Shown here: positions 10,484 to 18,923 of the stretch, piece by piece
How positions within the stretch are numbered: the first letter of the stretch is position 1
Layout: every line of letters begins with the position of its first letter
Source of the DNA: an uncultured Gammaproteobacteria bacterium
GTDB lineage: Bacteria; Patescibacteriota; Microgenomatia; Levybacterales; GWA1-39-11
NCBI GenBank assembly: GCA_964511965.1
Contig: CAZEGF010000006.1
Location: forward strand, 18,015 to 82,014
Reading direction: 5' to 3'
DNA length: 64,000 bases
The notes under the pieces: generated by a model
Told to the model about the DNA's origin: nothing
The model's input: only the letters and a program-made list of their open reading frames with translations
The model's database searches: none
Position numbers and translations under genes: made by a program

Positions 10484-11980
10484 TTATTTGACGCGGGCAA
10501 CTCGGTCGCCAGCCACTACAGTTCTTGTAAGGATGATTTCGTCCCCTTGAGAAAGTCCGGATGCAACTTGAGCATATTGACCAATAATCGAGCCAAGCTT
10601 AATCTTTTTGGTTGTAGCTTTACCATCCTTAATAACAAAAACATACGATGCATCAGCGCTTTGATAGATTGCATCTAGAGGAACAAATGGAACAGCAGTT
10701 GATGTGTCTGCATATCCAACAGGAAGTTCAACGGTAATAAATTCATTATTAGTCAAATTATTTTGAAAATCGGTTGGCACGTCAAAAATTACAGAATACA
10801 AAGACCCATCAGTTGCTTCAGTTGAGATATAAGCCGGTGCTGTTTTATAAGACTTTCCGTCAATAGAAAGAGTTGCCTCATCAACTTGCGATAGTTTTTG
10901 TGCAATTTCTCTTGGCACACGGGCAACTGCTTTAAGCTTTTGCGCACCATGAATAAGAGCAATTGGAGTTCCAGGATTTACCGCTTCACCTTCCGTAACA
11001 TAAATCCGGTCAACCACTCCAGCAAATGGAGAAGCCGGATACATTGTTGCTTCCTGGATTTGGGCAAGTTTTAATTGAAGTCCGGATATTTCAACTGATA
11101 GATTTAATGCTTTTTCCTGAAGATCAAGTTGTCTTTGTGTAAGGTCTTTGGTCATATTTGAAAGATCTGCAGGTGGTTTGTCTCCTGCTCCTTGATATTC
11201 GGATGCTCTAACTCCTGCTTGAAGTTGATTTACAGCGGACTGATATTGGGAAATAATTTGCTTGGTTTGCAAGATTTGTGCATCATTTGCACCACCAACA
11301 TTAGTTGATTCCAGAGTTGAAAGCGTTGAGTTAAGACTTGAAACAATATCCTGATTAAGTGATAACAATGATTTTGTTTCATCAATCGATTTTGAAGTTA
11401 TATCTCTCAATTGGTCCGAATTATCATCTGATTTATTAGCTATATCTCTTTGTTTTTTAATAACATCTTTTTGGATGTCTAAAGTGTCTTTTGCATTTTT
11501 ATTTGTTGCATATGCAATTTCTCTTTGAATACCGGCAGCATTTCCCCCCTGATAATTTGAAGAAAGAGAGACTAAAGTTGTTCCTTTCCCAACTTGTTGC
11601 CCTTCGCTAACATTTATGGATGAAACAATTCCTGGGGTTTGTGCCACAACTTTTATAACTCCGCTTTTCTCAATTTGAGCCTGGACCTTAACAGTTGGTG
11701 CAGAGCCTATAGAGTATGCAGCAACTTCTTTTTCCGGTGTAGTAACGGTAGCTTCCTGCTTAGGTTTTCTTAAAAATGAACCAACTACGATAAGAATAAA
11801 AATTACAAGAAGTACTACAAAGAATGAGGTCAAGGGCTTTTTATCAATGGTTTTACCTGCTCTTTTTAAGAGGTTTTTTACCTTTAATTTGAATGTTGAG
11901 AAATTACCAAACTTTTTAAAGCGAGTGAAGATCGGGGCAGACCTTTTTGAGCTTGGCAACCGCTTGATACGGTTTGCCAT
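10484..11980 (-). CDS. RND membrane fusion (adaptor) protein
   Basis: TM anchor, lipoyl halves (TPGIVSSINVSEGQQVGKG; SPFAGVV), long helical hairpin; directly upstream of RND permease. Confidence 0.88.
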   Translation of the reverse strand: MANRIKRLPSSKRSAPIFTRFKKFGNFSTFKLKVKNLLKRAGKTIDKKPLTSFFVVLLVIFILIVVGSFLRKPKQEATVTTPEKEVAAYSIGSAPTVKVQAQIEKSGVIKVVAQTPGIVSSINVSEGQQVGKGTTLVSLSSNYQGGNAAGIQREIAYATNKNAKDTLDIQKDVIKKQRDIANKSDDNSDQLRDITSKSIDETKSLLSLNQDIVSSLNSTLSTLESTNVGGANDAQILQTKQIISQYQSAVNQLQAGVRASEYQGAGDKPPADLSNMTKDLTQRQLDLQEKALNLSVEISGLQLKLAQIQEATMYPASPFAGVVDRIYVTEGEAVNPGTPIALIHGAQKLKAVARVPREIAQKLSQVDEATLSIDGKSYKTAPAYISTEATDGSLYSVIFDVPTDFQNNLTNNEFITVELPVGYADTSTAVPFVPLDAIYQSADASYVFVIKDGKATTKKIKLGSIIGQYAQVASGLSQGDEIILTRTVVAGDRVARVK

Positions 11981-12032
11981 AATTAAGGACAGATTGTATC
12001 AGTTTTTAGCTTCAAAAACAAGTGTGTTTTTC

Positions 12033-12094
12033 TGTCATTGCGAGCACAGCGAAGCAATCTCGTTCCTGTCATCCGGGGCTTGACCCGGGATCCA
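12033..12094. repeat. two adjacent REP/RPE-like palindromic elements
   Basis: TGTCATTGCGAGCACAGCGAAGCAATCT (12033-12060; 26/28 identical to the reverse complement of 22694-22721) then TGTCATCCGGGGCTTGACCCGGGATCCA (12067-12094). Confidence 0.75.
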
Positions 12095-12322
12095 TTACAA
12101 CTTAAATATATTTTTCTCTTCTCTTGTGCCGACAAGAGAAGCAGAAGCTCTTTGCATGTCAAGGGTCGCTAATTTTCTTCCTTTGTGAAGGGTGTGAAGC
12201 CTACCCCCTCCTCGACAAGTTCGCGAGGAGTCCCCCCCGCCTGCACTGCAGTCAGAAAATTCGGGCGCGCATTCCTTGAAATGCAAAAAAAGACCAACAA
12301 TCGATGATCTAAGGTGATTATT

Positions 12323-12344
12323 AAAAAAAGCGACGCTTTTTTGG
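12323..12344 (-). terminator. probable intrinsic terminator of the 12350-13084 gene
   Basis: AAAAAAGCG-A-CGCTTTTTT dyad just after the stop codon; loop is very short. Confidence 0.4.
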
Positions 12345-12349
12345 ATGGG

Positions 12350-13084
12350 TTACTCCGTGAATTTGAAAGTGGAGAGGATTTGATCAAAAATATTTTTTGG
12401 TAATTCTGGAAGATTATTTTTAGGAAAAAACTTTGGGTTAGGAAAGCCATAAAATAGGTAGTAATCTGTCTTGTTTACCTGAAAGGGAATATTTGTAATT
12501 GAGACCCAGGGTGAAGCAATGCCTATGGGTTGGTTGGGGATAAATGTACTAATATATTTTTTAGCTTTTAATCCTGAGAGTTCTGTGTCAACTATGGTGA
12601 TTTTTGTGTAATCATTGGATATTGGTGGACTAAATTTGCCCTTAATTATTTCAAAGAATTGTACTGGTCTTTCGTTACATAAAGCTTGTGGATTGTTCTT
12701 AATTGATTCTTGGTAACTTACCAATACAAGGTCTTGAGCACTAACTGTACATTCCTCATTCGACAAAAGAATACCACTTGGATATTTGAAACTAAAGCCA
12801 TCACCTTGATAGGTTTTCCAATCTGCTGTCGGATCTGGAGTTGGAGTGGGAGATGTTTGGGTAGCTATTGGAGTAGGGGTGGGTTTGGAAACAATTTTTA
12901 AAATTGGTTCGCGGTAAACATAGCCAGCGGCTGTACCTCCTGCAAGAAGAAGAAAAATTAGAATACCAATAATTGCTTTGATAGAAAATTTACTGGCAGG
13001 TTTTATTGGACTTGGAGTTTCTGAAACAACTGGGGGCGTTGGGTTTGGGATTTCGGAAACTGGTGGGTTTTGATCTTCTTCCAT
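12350..13084 (-). CDS. membrane-anchored hypothetical protein (PsbP-like C-terminal domain)
   Basis: Pro-rich N-terminus, TM helix, PTPTPDPTADWKTY..GFSFKYP and FDQILSTFKF motifs common in CPR surface proteins. Confidence 0.7.
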   Translation of the reverse strand: MEEDQNPPVSEIPNPTPPVVSETPSPIKPASKFSIKAIIGILIFLLLAGGTAAGYVYREPILKIVSKPTPTPIATQTSPTPTPDPTADWKTYQGDGFSFKYPSGILLSNEECTVSAQDLVLVSYQESIKNNPQALCNERPVQFFEIIKGKFSPPISNDYTKITIVDTELSGLKAKKYISTFIPNQPIGIASPWVSITNIPFQVNKTDYYLFYGFPNPKFFPKNNLPELPKNIFDQILSTFKFTE

Positions 13085-13119
13085 AAGTTTAGTTTTTCAT
13101 ACTTGCAGGGGAGTTTCAA

Positions 13120-14313
13120 TCATTCGTATCTTAAGGCTTCTATAGGAGATAATTTTGATGCACGAAGAGCTGGTGCCATTCCAAATATAACACCAATAAG
13201 AATTGAGAATGTGAAGGCAAGAACGATAGACCATGGTGTTACGGATGACACCAGTAGCTTTGCCAGTATAAATGATCCAGTCATCCCAATAACTATTCCG
13301 ATTATTCCTCCAGTTAGAGATAACATAACTGCTTCGAGCAAAAACTGTTTTAAAATATCAGACCTTTTTGCACCTAAAGCTTTTCGAAGACCGATCTCAC
13401 GAGTCCTTTCAGTAACACTAACAAGCATGATGTTGGCAACTCCAATTCCTCCGACAAGAAGAGATATAGCCGCTATTCCTCCAAGAGCGATTGTTAGGAC
13501 ATTTGTAATGTTGCCTACTATCTCAAGTGAAGACTCTGCAGACTGGACAGTAAAGTCATCTTCAGTAAGACGTTTTAATAGAACTTTTTTTATTTGGTTC
13601 TCAACAAATCTGATTTGTGAATCTTTATTAGCAGCAACATAGATAGCGTTTATTTGCGTCACACCAAATTGTTTTTTGGCTGCATTTATTGGAATAACAA
13701 TAACCTTGTCCTGATCTATCCCAAAAATTGCTCCCCGTTTTTTTAAAATTCCTGTGATTGTGTATATATTATTTCCAATAAAAATTCTTTTGCCTATTGG
13801 ATTTGAGTCAGGAAAAAGATCATTTTTTACAGTGCTTCCTATAATTGCCAAAGGGGCACCGGATTTTGCCTGTGTTTCATTAAATGAAACACCACGTTCT
13901 ACAACTGCATTTTTAACAGTTTCAGAATAATTAGCTGTTGTGCCTAGAATTGATGTGGATTTTTCACTTTTACTTTTATATTTGACAGTGCTAACCTGTT
14001 GAACAACAGGTGCAACCTGCGCATAATTTCTCAATTTTGTCTCTATATTTTGTGCGTCTTGTAATTGCAATTTATTAACAACAACTCCCCCAGGAGTTCT
14101 TGATCCTGTACCACTCCCTGGAATTACAAAAATTAGATTAGATCCAAATCCCTGGATTTGATTGGTGATGTATGTTTGCAAACCGGTACCAACCGAGACA
14201 AGCATAATGATTGCAAATACTCCAATGATAATTCCAAGTGTAGTTAAAAAACTTCTTAGCTTATTTGCAATAAGTGACCTGTATGCTAATTTAAATAATT
14301 CTTGTGCTTCCAT
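13120..14313 (-). CDS. MacB/FtsX-family ABC transporter permease
   Basis: RSFLTTLGIIIG, GGIGVANIMLVSVTERTREIGLRKALGA, PIEALRYE. Confidence 0.94.
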   Translation of the reverse strand: MEAQELFKLAYRSLIANKLRSFLTTLGIIIGVFAIIMLVSVGTGLQTYITNQIQGFGSNLIFVIPGSGTGSRTPGGVVVNKLQLQDAQNIETKLRNYAQVAPVVQQVSTVKYKSKSEKSTSILGTTANYSETVKNAVVERGVSFNETQAKSGAPLAIIGSTVKNDLFPDSNPIGKRIFIGNNIYTITGILKKRGAIFGIDQDKVIVIPINAAKKQFGVTQINAIYVAANKDSQIRFVENQIKKVLLKRLTEDDFTVQSAESSLEIVGNITNVLTIALGGIAAISLLVGGIGVANIMLVSVTERTREIGLRKALGAKRSDILKQFLLEAVMLSLTGGIIGIVIGMTGSFILAKLLVSSVTPWSIVLAFTFSILIGVIFGMAPALRASKLSPIEALRYE

Positions 14314-14385
14314 CTTAAGTAAAAGTAAAAAGCAAAAAGAAAATTTTAAAATTATTTTTCATTTTTAATTTTTTATTTTTAATTT

Positions 14386-15057
14386 TCAAACTATGGTGCC
14401 GTCGGCGATTTTTATTATTTTTTTTGCTTGGTGTGCAATATCTAATTCATGAGTGATCAATACTATCGTTTTTCCTTGATGATTTAATTCTTTTAAAATA
14501 TTCATGACATCATTTCCAGATGATGTATCCAAATTTCCTGTTGGTTCATCAGCAAGAATAACTTCTGGATCATTCATAAGAGCTCTGGCTATGGCAACCC
14601 TTTGTTGTTGCCCTCCTGACAATTGGTTTGGTCTATTATGAATGCGTTCCGCAAGGCCAACTTTAGTCAAAATTTGGATAGCTCTTTCCTCACGTTCCTT
14701 TTTCTTAACACCGGCATATATAGAAGGAAGTACAACATTTTCTAAAGTTGTTGAGCGGGGTAGAAGATTAAAAGACTGAAAAACAAATCCAATTTGACGG
14801 CTTCGAATACTTGATAGTTCATCTTCACTAAGTGATTCTACTGCAGTACCGTTGAGAATATATTTTCCGGAAGTAGGGGTATCCAAAAGTCCGATAATAT
14901 TCATAAGCGTTGATTTTCCACTTCCGGAACGTCCTGTTATAGCAATAAAATCTCCTTTTTGAACCGTTAGCGTTACTCCTTTAAGAACTTGAGTTTTTAC
15001 ATCCCCAGTCACATATTCTTTCTTAACATTCGTAAGTTTGATGACTGGTTGCTTCAT
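14386..15057 (-). CDS. MacB/LolD-family ABC transporter ATPase
   Basis: Walker [35 protein letters not shown]. Confidence 0.95.
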   Translation of the reverse strand: MKQPVIKLTNVKKEYVTGDVKTQVLKGVTLTVQKGDFIAITGRSGSGKSTLMNIIGLLDTPTSGKYILNGTAVESLSEDELSSIRSRQIGFVFQSFNLLPRSTTLENVVLPSIYAGVKKKEREERAIQILTKVGLAERIHNRPNQLSGGQQQRVAIARALMNDPEVILADEPTGNLDTSSGNDVMNILKELNHQGKTIVLITHELDIAHQAKKIIKIADGTIV

Positions 15058-15066
15058 GAGAAGTGC

Positions 15067-16131
15067 CTATTTTTTGACGGGAACGCTATTGGGATCTACT
15101 ACCAAAAGTTCTCCTTCCGATAATCCACTCGTGATTTCAGTTTCCGTGTCACTTTGCAATCCTAGAGTTACATTTCTTTTTACATATTTATTCCCCTCTT
15201 TTATATAGACCTTATTATCATCTGTAAGACTTGATAGAGGAACTGTTAGTACATTTGTTTTTCTATTCGTAATAATAGAAGCATTTCCATTCATCCCAAC
15301 CCTGTACATATAGTTATCGTTAGAAGAAATGACCGCTTTTACATCAAATGCGTTTCCACCGGTCGAAGTGGTATGTGTAGTAAAGTCTATGGAACTAACT
15401 TTTAAATGCAGTGTTTTGCCCGGATAGGAATCTAATTCAACATCAACAGTTTGGCCAATTGCAACACGGCTAATATCTGCTTCATCAACCTCCATTCGGA
15501 AAGAAAGAGAGGATGGATCAGTAACGGTAAAAGTTGTTGCCGGCGTTATATTGACACCGGCCGTTTTTACATCGGCACGTGTAACTATACCTTCGATTGG
15601 AGTTGTAAGAATAGATTCTTGACGGGCAAGATCTTGAAGTTCGACTGAATTTATTGTCAAATCAAGATTGTACTGGTTGTTCTCAAGTAGTCTTCTCATA
15701 TTTATATTAACTGCATCAGATGGTTTTGCCGCTTGCTGACTTTGATTTGTCTGCTCGAAATTATTTCTTTGTATCGAATAGTTAAGAAGTGCTGTTTTCA
15801 TATTTTTCAGAGCAGTTGCCTGATCAAGTGTTGCGATTGTCTGTCCGGCCACGACCAAGCTTCCTTTTTCAACATTCAGCGTTACAAGTTTTCCTCCAAT
15901 TTGAAATGCGAGATCAACTGATTTTTCGGAAGTTATAGTTCCAGTAATGGCAATTGATTGGACAAGATTTTCTCTGGTGACTTTTTCTGTTTCAATAGGT
16001 TTTGGCGGTTTTGGTTTTAGGAGAAACCCTAGAGCAAGAATTATTACAAGAATAACAGCAGAAATTATTTTATGCCTTTTTGCAAAAAGGATGATTTTTG
16101 CAAATTGAAACCTGACTTTATTAAGCCACAT
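15067..16131 (-). CDS. MacA-type efflux adaptor protein
   Basis: TM anchor, lipoyl motifs, VDEADI, GLSEGE; in operon with ABC ATPase and permease. Confidence 0.88.
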   Translation of the reverse strand: MWLNKVRFQFAKIILFAKRHKIISAVILVIILALGFLLKPKPPKPIETEKVTRENLVQSIAITGTITSEKSVDLAFQIGGKLVTLNVEKGSLVVAGQTIATLDQATALKNMKTALLNYSIQRNNFEQTNQSQQAAKPSDAVNINMRRLLENNQYNLDLTINSVELQDLARQESILTTPIEGIVTRADVKTAGVNITPATTFTVTDPSSLSFRMEVDEADISRVAIGQTVDVELDSYPGKTLHLKVSSIDFTTHTTSTGGNAFDVKAVISSNDNYMYRVGMNGNASIITNRKTNVLTVPLSSLTDDNKVYIKEGNKYVKRNVTLGLQSDTETEITSGLSEGELLVVDPNSVPVKK

Positions 16132-16185
16132 AACAATATTATTGCATTATTTTGTTATAAAAATAAACCGGTATCAAAATTCCCC

Positions 16186-16214
16186 TTGACACAGTTTGTA
16201 CCGTTTGTTAATAT
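16186..16214 (+). promoter_or_regulatory. sigma70-type promoter
   Basis: TTGACA-N17-TAATAT with TGn extension upstream of ATG 16240. Confidence 0.65.
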
Positions 16215-16239
16215 CCCCAATACGACTGCCCGCGTTCAT

Positions 16240-17034
16240 ATGTCACAACATACAACTCTGGCAACAACAAAAAAAGTAGCAGTCACCATAACTCTTCCTA
16301 GTGTTAACTTTGAAGCACTTCTTAAAAAAATAAAAGAATTTTCCGTCCAGCTTTTCTCAAGTATTTATAACCCAATGAGCAGTGGTATTGGTAAAGCTTC
16401 CGAAGAAGCAACATCACGCGCACAAAGATTAAAGTTTCCAAAAATGGAAAAAAATAAATTCAAATTTGATAAAAAATATCTTAAAGTTATTATTCCAGTT
16501 ATTCTAGTTCTTATTGTTATGTCAGCAATAGTAAGCTTAGTTAGATCACTACCTGATGCACAAAGCAAACCAACCTCAACAAATCAAGTATCGGCCCCAG
16601 ACGTACTATCAACTATTAATTTAGACAAAAAATTCACTTTTCCATTAAAAGATGATAAAGGTGCAGTTGTAGGAAATTTTGAATATATGATCCAATCTGC
16701 AACTCTTCAAAAACAAATAATTGTCCAGGGACAACGAGCAACAGCAGTTGCCGGCAGACAGTTTCTTATTGTTAATCTAAAAATTACAAATAGTCTAAAA
16801 AAGACTATCCAACTTAATACAAGAGATTATATTCGTATAATTACAGCAACCGATCCTAACGAACAACTCGCTGCAGACATTCATAATGACCCAGTCGAAG
16901 TACAAGCAATCTCAACCAAATTTACCAGAGTTGGAATAGCAATTAACGAATCGGACACTAAGAAAACAATTCACATGAAAGTTGGAGAGATTGATGGAAC
17001 CAAGCAAAACATTGATCTTAACTTTAAATTCTAA
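16240..17034 (+). CDS. membrane-anchored hypothetical protein (DUF4352-like domain)
   Basis: TM helix followed by beta-rich domain GQRATAVAGRQFLIVNLKITN. Confidence 0.65.
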   Translation: MSQHTTLATTKKVAVTITLPSVNFEALLKKIKEFSVQLFSSIYNPMSSGIGKASEEATSRAQRLKFPKMEKNKFKFDKKYLKVIIPVILVLIVMSAIVSLVRSLPDAQSKPTSTNQVSAPDVLSTINLDKKFTFPLKDDKGAVVGNFEYMIQSATLQKQIIVQGQRATAVAGRQFLIVNLKITNSLKKTIQLNTRDYIRIITATDPNEQLAADIHNDPVEVQAISTKFTRVGIAINESDTKKTIHMKVGEIDGTKQNIDLNFKF

Positions 17035-17078
17035 ACCTTAATAGGAAAGATTAGTAGTTATTCCTGCCTAGACTTCGT

Positions 17079-17318
17079 ATGACCAATTCAAACAATACTA
17101 TCCCTAACCATCTACTTGCCGAGATAAAATCGGCTCTTGAAAGCGTTAAATACGGAAGCATTGAAATATTTGTCCAAAACAAAGTAATAACTCAAATAGT
17201 AGTTCGTAATATTCATAAAACAAGTATGGATATTGAAAGGCAAGAGTCTCACAGTAGTGTTACCAGTCACATTGCAACCCACTCTCATATACAAAAAAGT
17301 TCTGTTAAGATTAGATAG
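17079..17318 (+). CDS. small DUF2292 (YezD/OscA-like) protein
   Basis: IKSALESVKYGSIEIFVQNKVITQI matches the I..L..++YGS+EI.+QD.++.QI pattern of the family. Confidence 0.75.
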   Translation: MTNSNNTIPNHLLAEIKSALESVKYGSIEIFVQNKVITQIVVRNIHKTSMDIERQESHSSVTSHIATHSHIQKSSVKIR

Positions 17319-17386
17319 CTATATTTGGCTAAATAGGTCTTGACACTACTATTTATATAGTATATAAGTTAGGGTAATCGATAGAG

Positions 17387-17449
17387 CTGACCGCAAACGG
17401 AGGCTTCTTCACACAATCATTTTTTGTGTGCGGAAGTCTCCGTTTTTTT
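17387..17449 (+). terminator. leader terminator/attenuator upstream of the repeat-protein operon
   Basis: AAACGGAGGCTTC..CACACAA / TTGTGTG..GAAGTCTCCGTTT stem followed by T7; downstream of TTGACA at 17340. Confidence 0.7.
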
Positions 17450-17536
17450 GTTTCTTGGGGCTACCGGAAATAAAACTAGGCGGGAGAAACGAAGTGCTCT
17501 TGAAAAAGAAATCTTAAACCAAAGGAGGTGAAATAT

Positions 17537-18808
17537 ATGACAAATTTCAAAAAACAAATTTTCTCAGTAGTCGCAGCTGGATCTCTACTCGTAAGCGTAG
17601 CAACTCCAGTTCTTGCGGATACTACAATACAAATTTCTGGAAACGGAGCTGGTTCAGACAACTATACAAAAGTTGAACAAACCAACACAAACACCGTTAG
17701 CCAGAATAACACAGCAAATGTCACCAACAATGTTACCTCAAATGCAGACACAGGAAACAACAAAGCTGGTTTTAACACAGGAGGCGATGTCAACATCGGC
17801 ACTGGAAAAGCTACAACCGTTGCAAACGTAACCAACACTTTGAACAGCAATGCTGCTCAAATTGCAGGATGCAATTGTGAAGGAGACACTAATGTTAAGA
17901 TTTCCGGAAACGGAGCTAAATCTGACAATACCGTTACTTTGAAAGATACGAATGTAAATTCAATCGGACAAAATAACGTTGCTAACGTTACCAACAATGT
18001 TGATAACAATGCAAATTCTGGTGGCAACACTGCAAATAGCAACACAGGTGGAGATGTAATGATCAACACCCAAGGAGCTACAGCTGTTTCAAACGTTACG
18101 ACCGTTGCAAATGCAAATTCTGCAATGATCGGAGGCGGAGCTGGAGCTGGACACAATTCTGCTTCTTTTGTAATTTCTGGTAATGGTGCAGGAAGCGACA
18201 ACTGGATTGACGCTAAACTCAACAATACCAATTCTGTTTCACAAGGAAATACAGCAAATGTTACAAACAATGTTGATTCTGATGCTAAAACAGGATACAA
18301 CGATGCAGGATTTAATACCGGAGGCGATGTAATGATCGGCACCGGAGCTGCTTGGTCAGAAGCAAACGTAGACAATATGGTTAACTTTAATTCAGCTAAC
18401 CTCGACTGCGGATGTGTAACTGATGTACTTGCTAAAATCGACGGAAATGGCGCTACACCTGAAGGCCACGGATACTGGGACTTCTGGAACAAGAATGATA
18501 ATACTATCCTTCTTGATTTAGTTAACGCTAATAACGTTGGACAAGGTAACAATTCTTACCTCAATAACAAAGTCAATGCTGACGCAAAGACCGGAGGTAA
18601 CGATGCTGACCTTAATACCGGTGACACTTATGGATCTGATCCATCAATCGGAACCGGACCAGCAACTAACGTAACCGATGTAAATAACAGCGGAAACGTT
18701 AACACTGTTGGAGGAACACCATTTGTAATCCCAATGCCTGGTGATTCAAGTGTTTCTATTTCTTTCAACTTTCAAGCTTTAATGGCATTCTTCGGAATGC
18801 ACGTTTAG
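17537..18808 (+). CDS. secreted Asn/Thr/Gly-rich repeat protein (4 repeats), candidate major fibre subunit
   Basis: SD AGGAGGTG 17523-17530; signal peptide ending PVLA; repeats ISGNGAGSDN..QNN.ANVTNNV..A.TG.N.A.FNTGGDV.I.TG.A; CNC and CGC junctions. Confidence 0.85.
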   Translation: MTNFKKQIFSVVAAGSLLVSVATPVLADTTIQISGNGAGSDNYTKVEQTNTNTVSQNNTANVTNNVTSNADTGNNKAGFNTGGDVNIGTGKATTVANVTNTLNSNAAQIAGCNCEGDTNVKISGNGAKSDNTVTLKDTNVNSIGQNNVANVTNNVDNNANSGGNTANSNTGGDVMINTQGATAVSNVTTVANANSAMIGGGAGAGHNSASFVISGNGAGSDNWIDAKLNNTNSVSQGNTANVTNNVDSDAKTGYNDAGFNTGGDVMIGTGAAWSEANVDNMVNFNSANLDCGCVTDVLAKIDGNGATPEGHGYWDFWNKNDNTILLDLVNANNVGQGNNSYLNNKVNADAKTGGNDADLNTGDTYGSDPSIGTGPATNVTDVNNSGNVNTVGGTPFVIPMPGDSSVSISFNFQALMAFFGMHV

Positions 18809-18817
18809 TTTGATACA

Positions 18818-18871
18818 GAAACAAGTAGGGTGCTTTTGTTAGCACTTCGACAAGACCACCCTACAAGTTTC
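18818..18871 (+). promoter_or_regulatory. intercistronic hairpin without U-tract
   Basis: GAAAC..GTAGGGTG / CACCCTAC..GTTTC. Confidence 0.5.
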
Positions 18872-18923
18872 GAAACGACAAATAAACTTAAAACGAAAAA
18901 CTTAAAACTTAAAAACAAGAAAA

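Noticed and set aside
12095-12450. Short ORFs 12095-12286 and 12169-12450
   Set aside because: They run through palindromic intergenic DNA, lack plausible starts and show no protein-like features
17370-17520. Known riboswitch (e.g. c-di-GMP-I) in the repeat-operon leader
   Set aside because: Only fragmentary resemblance; I could not build the conserved aptamer by eye, so an Rfam scan is needed
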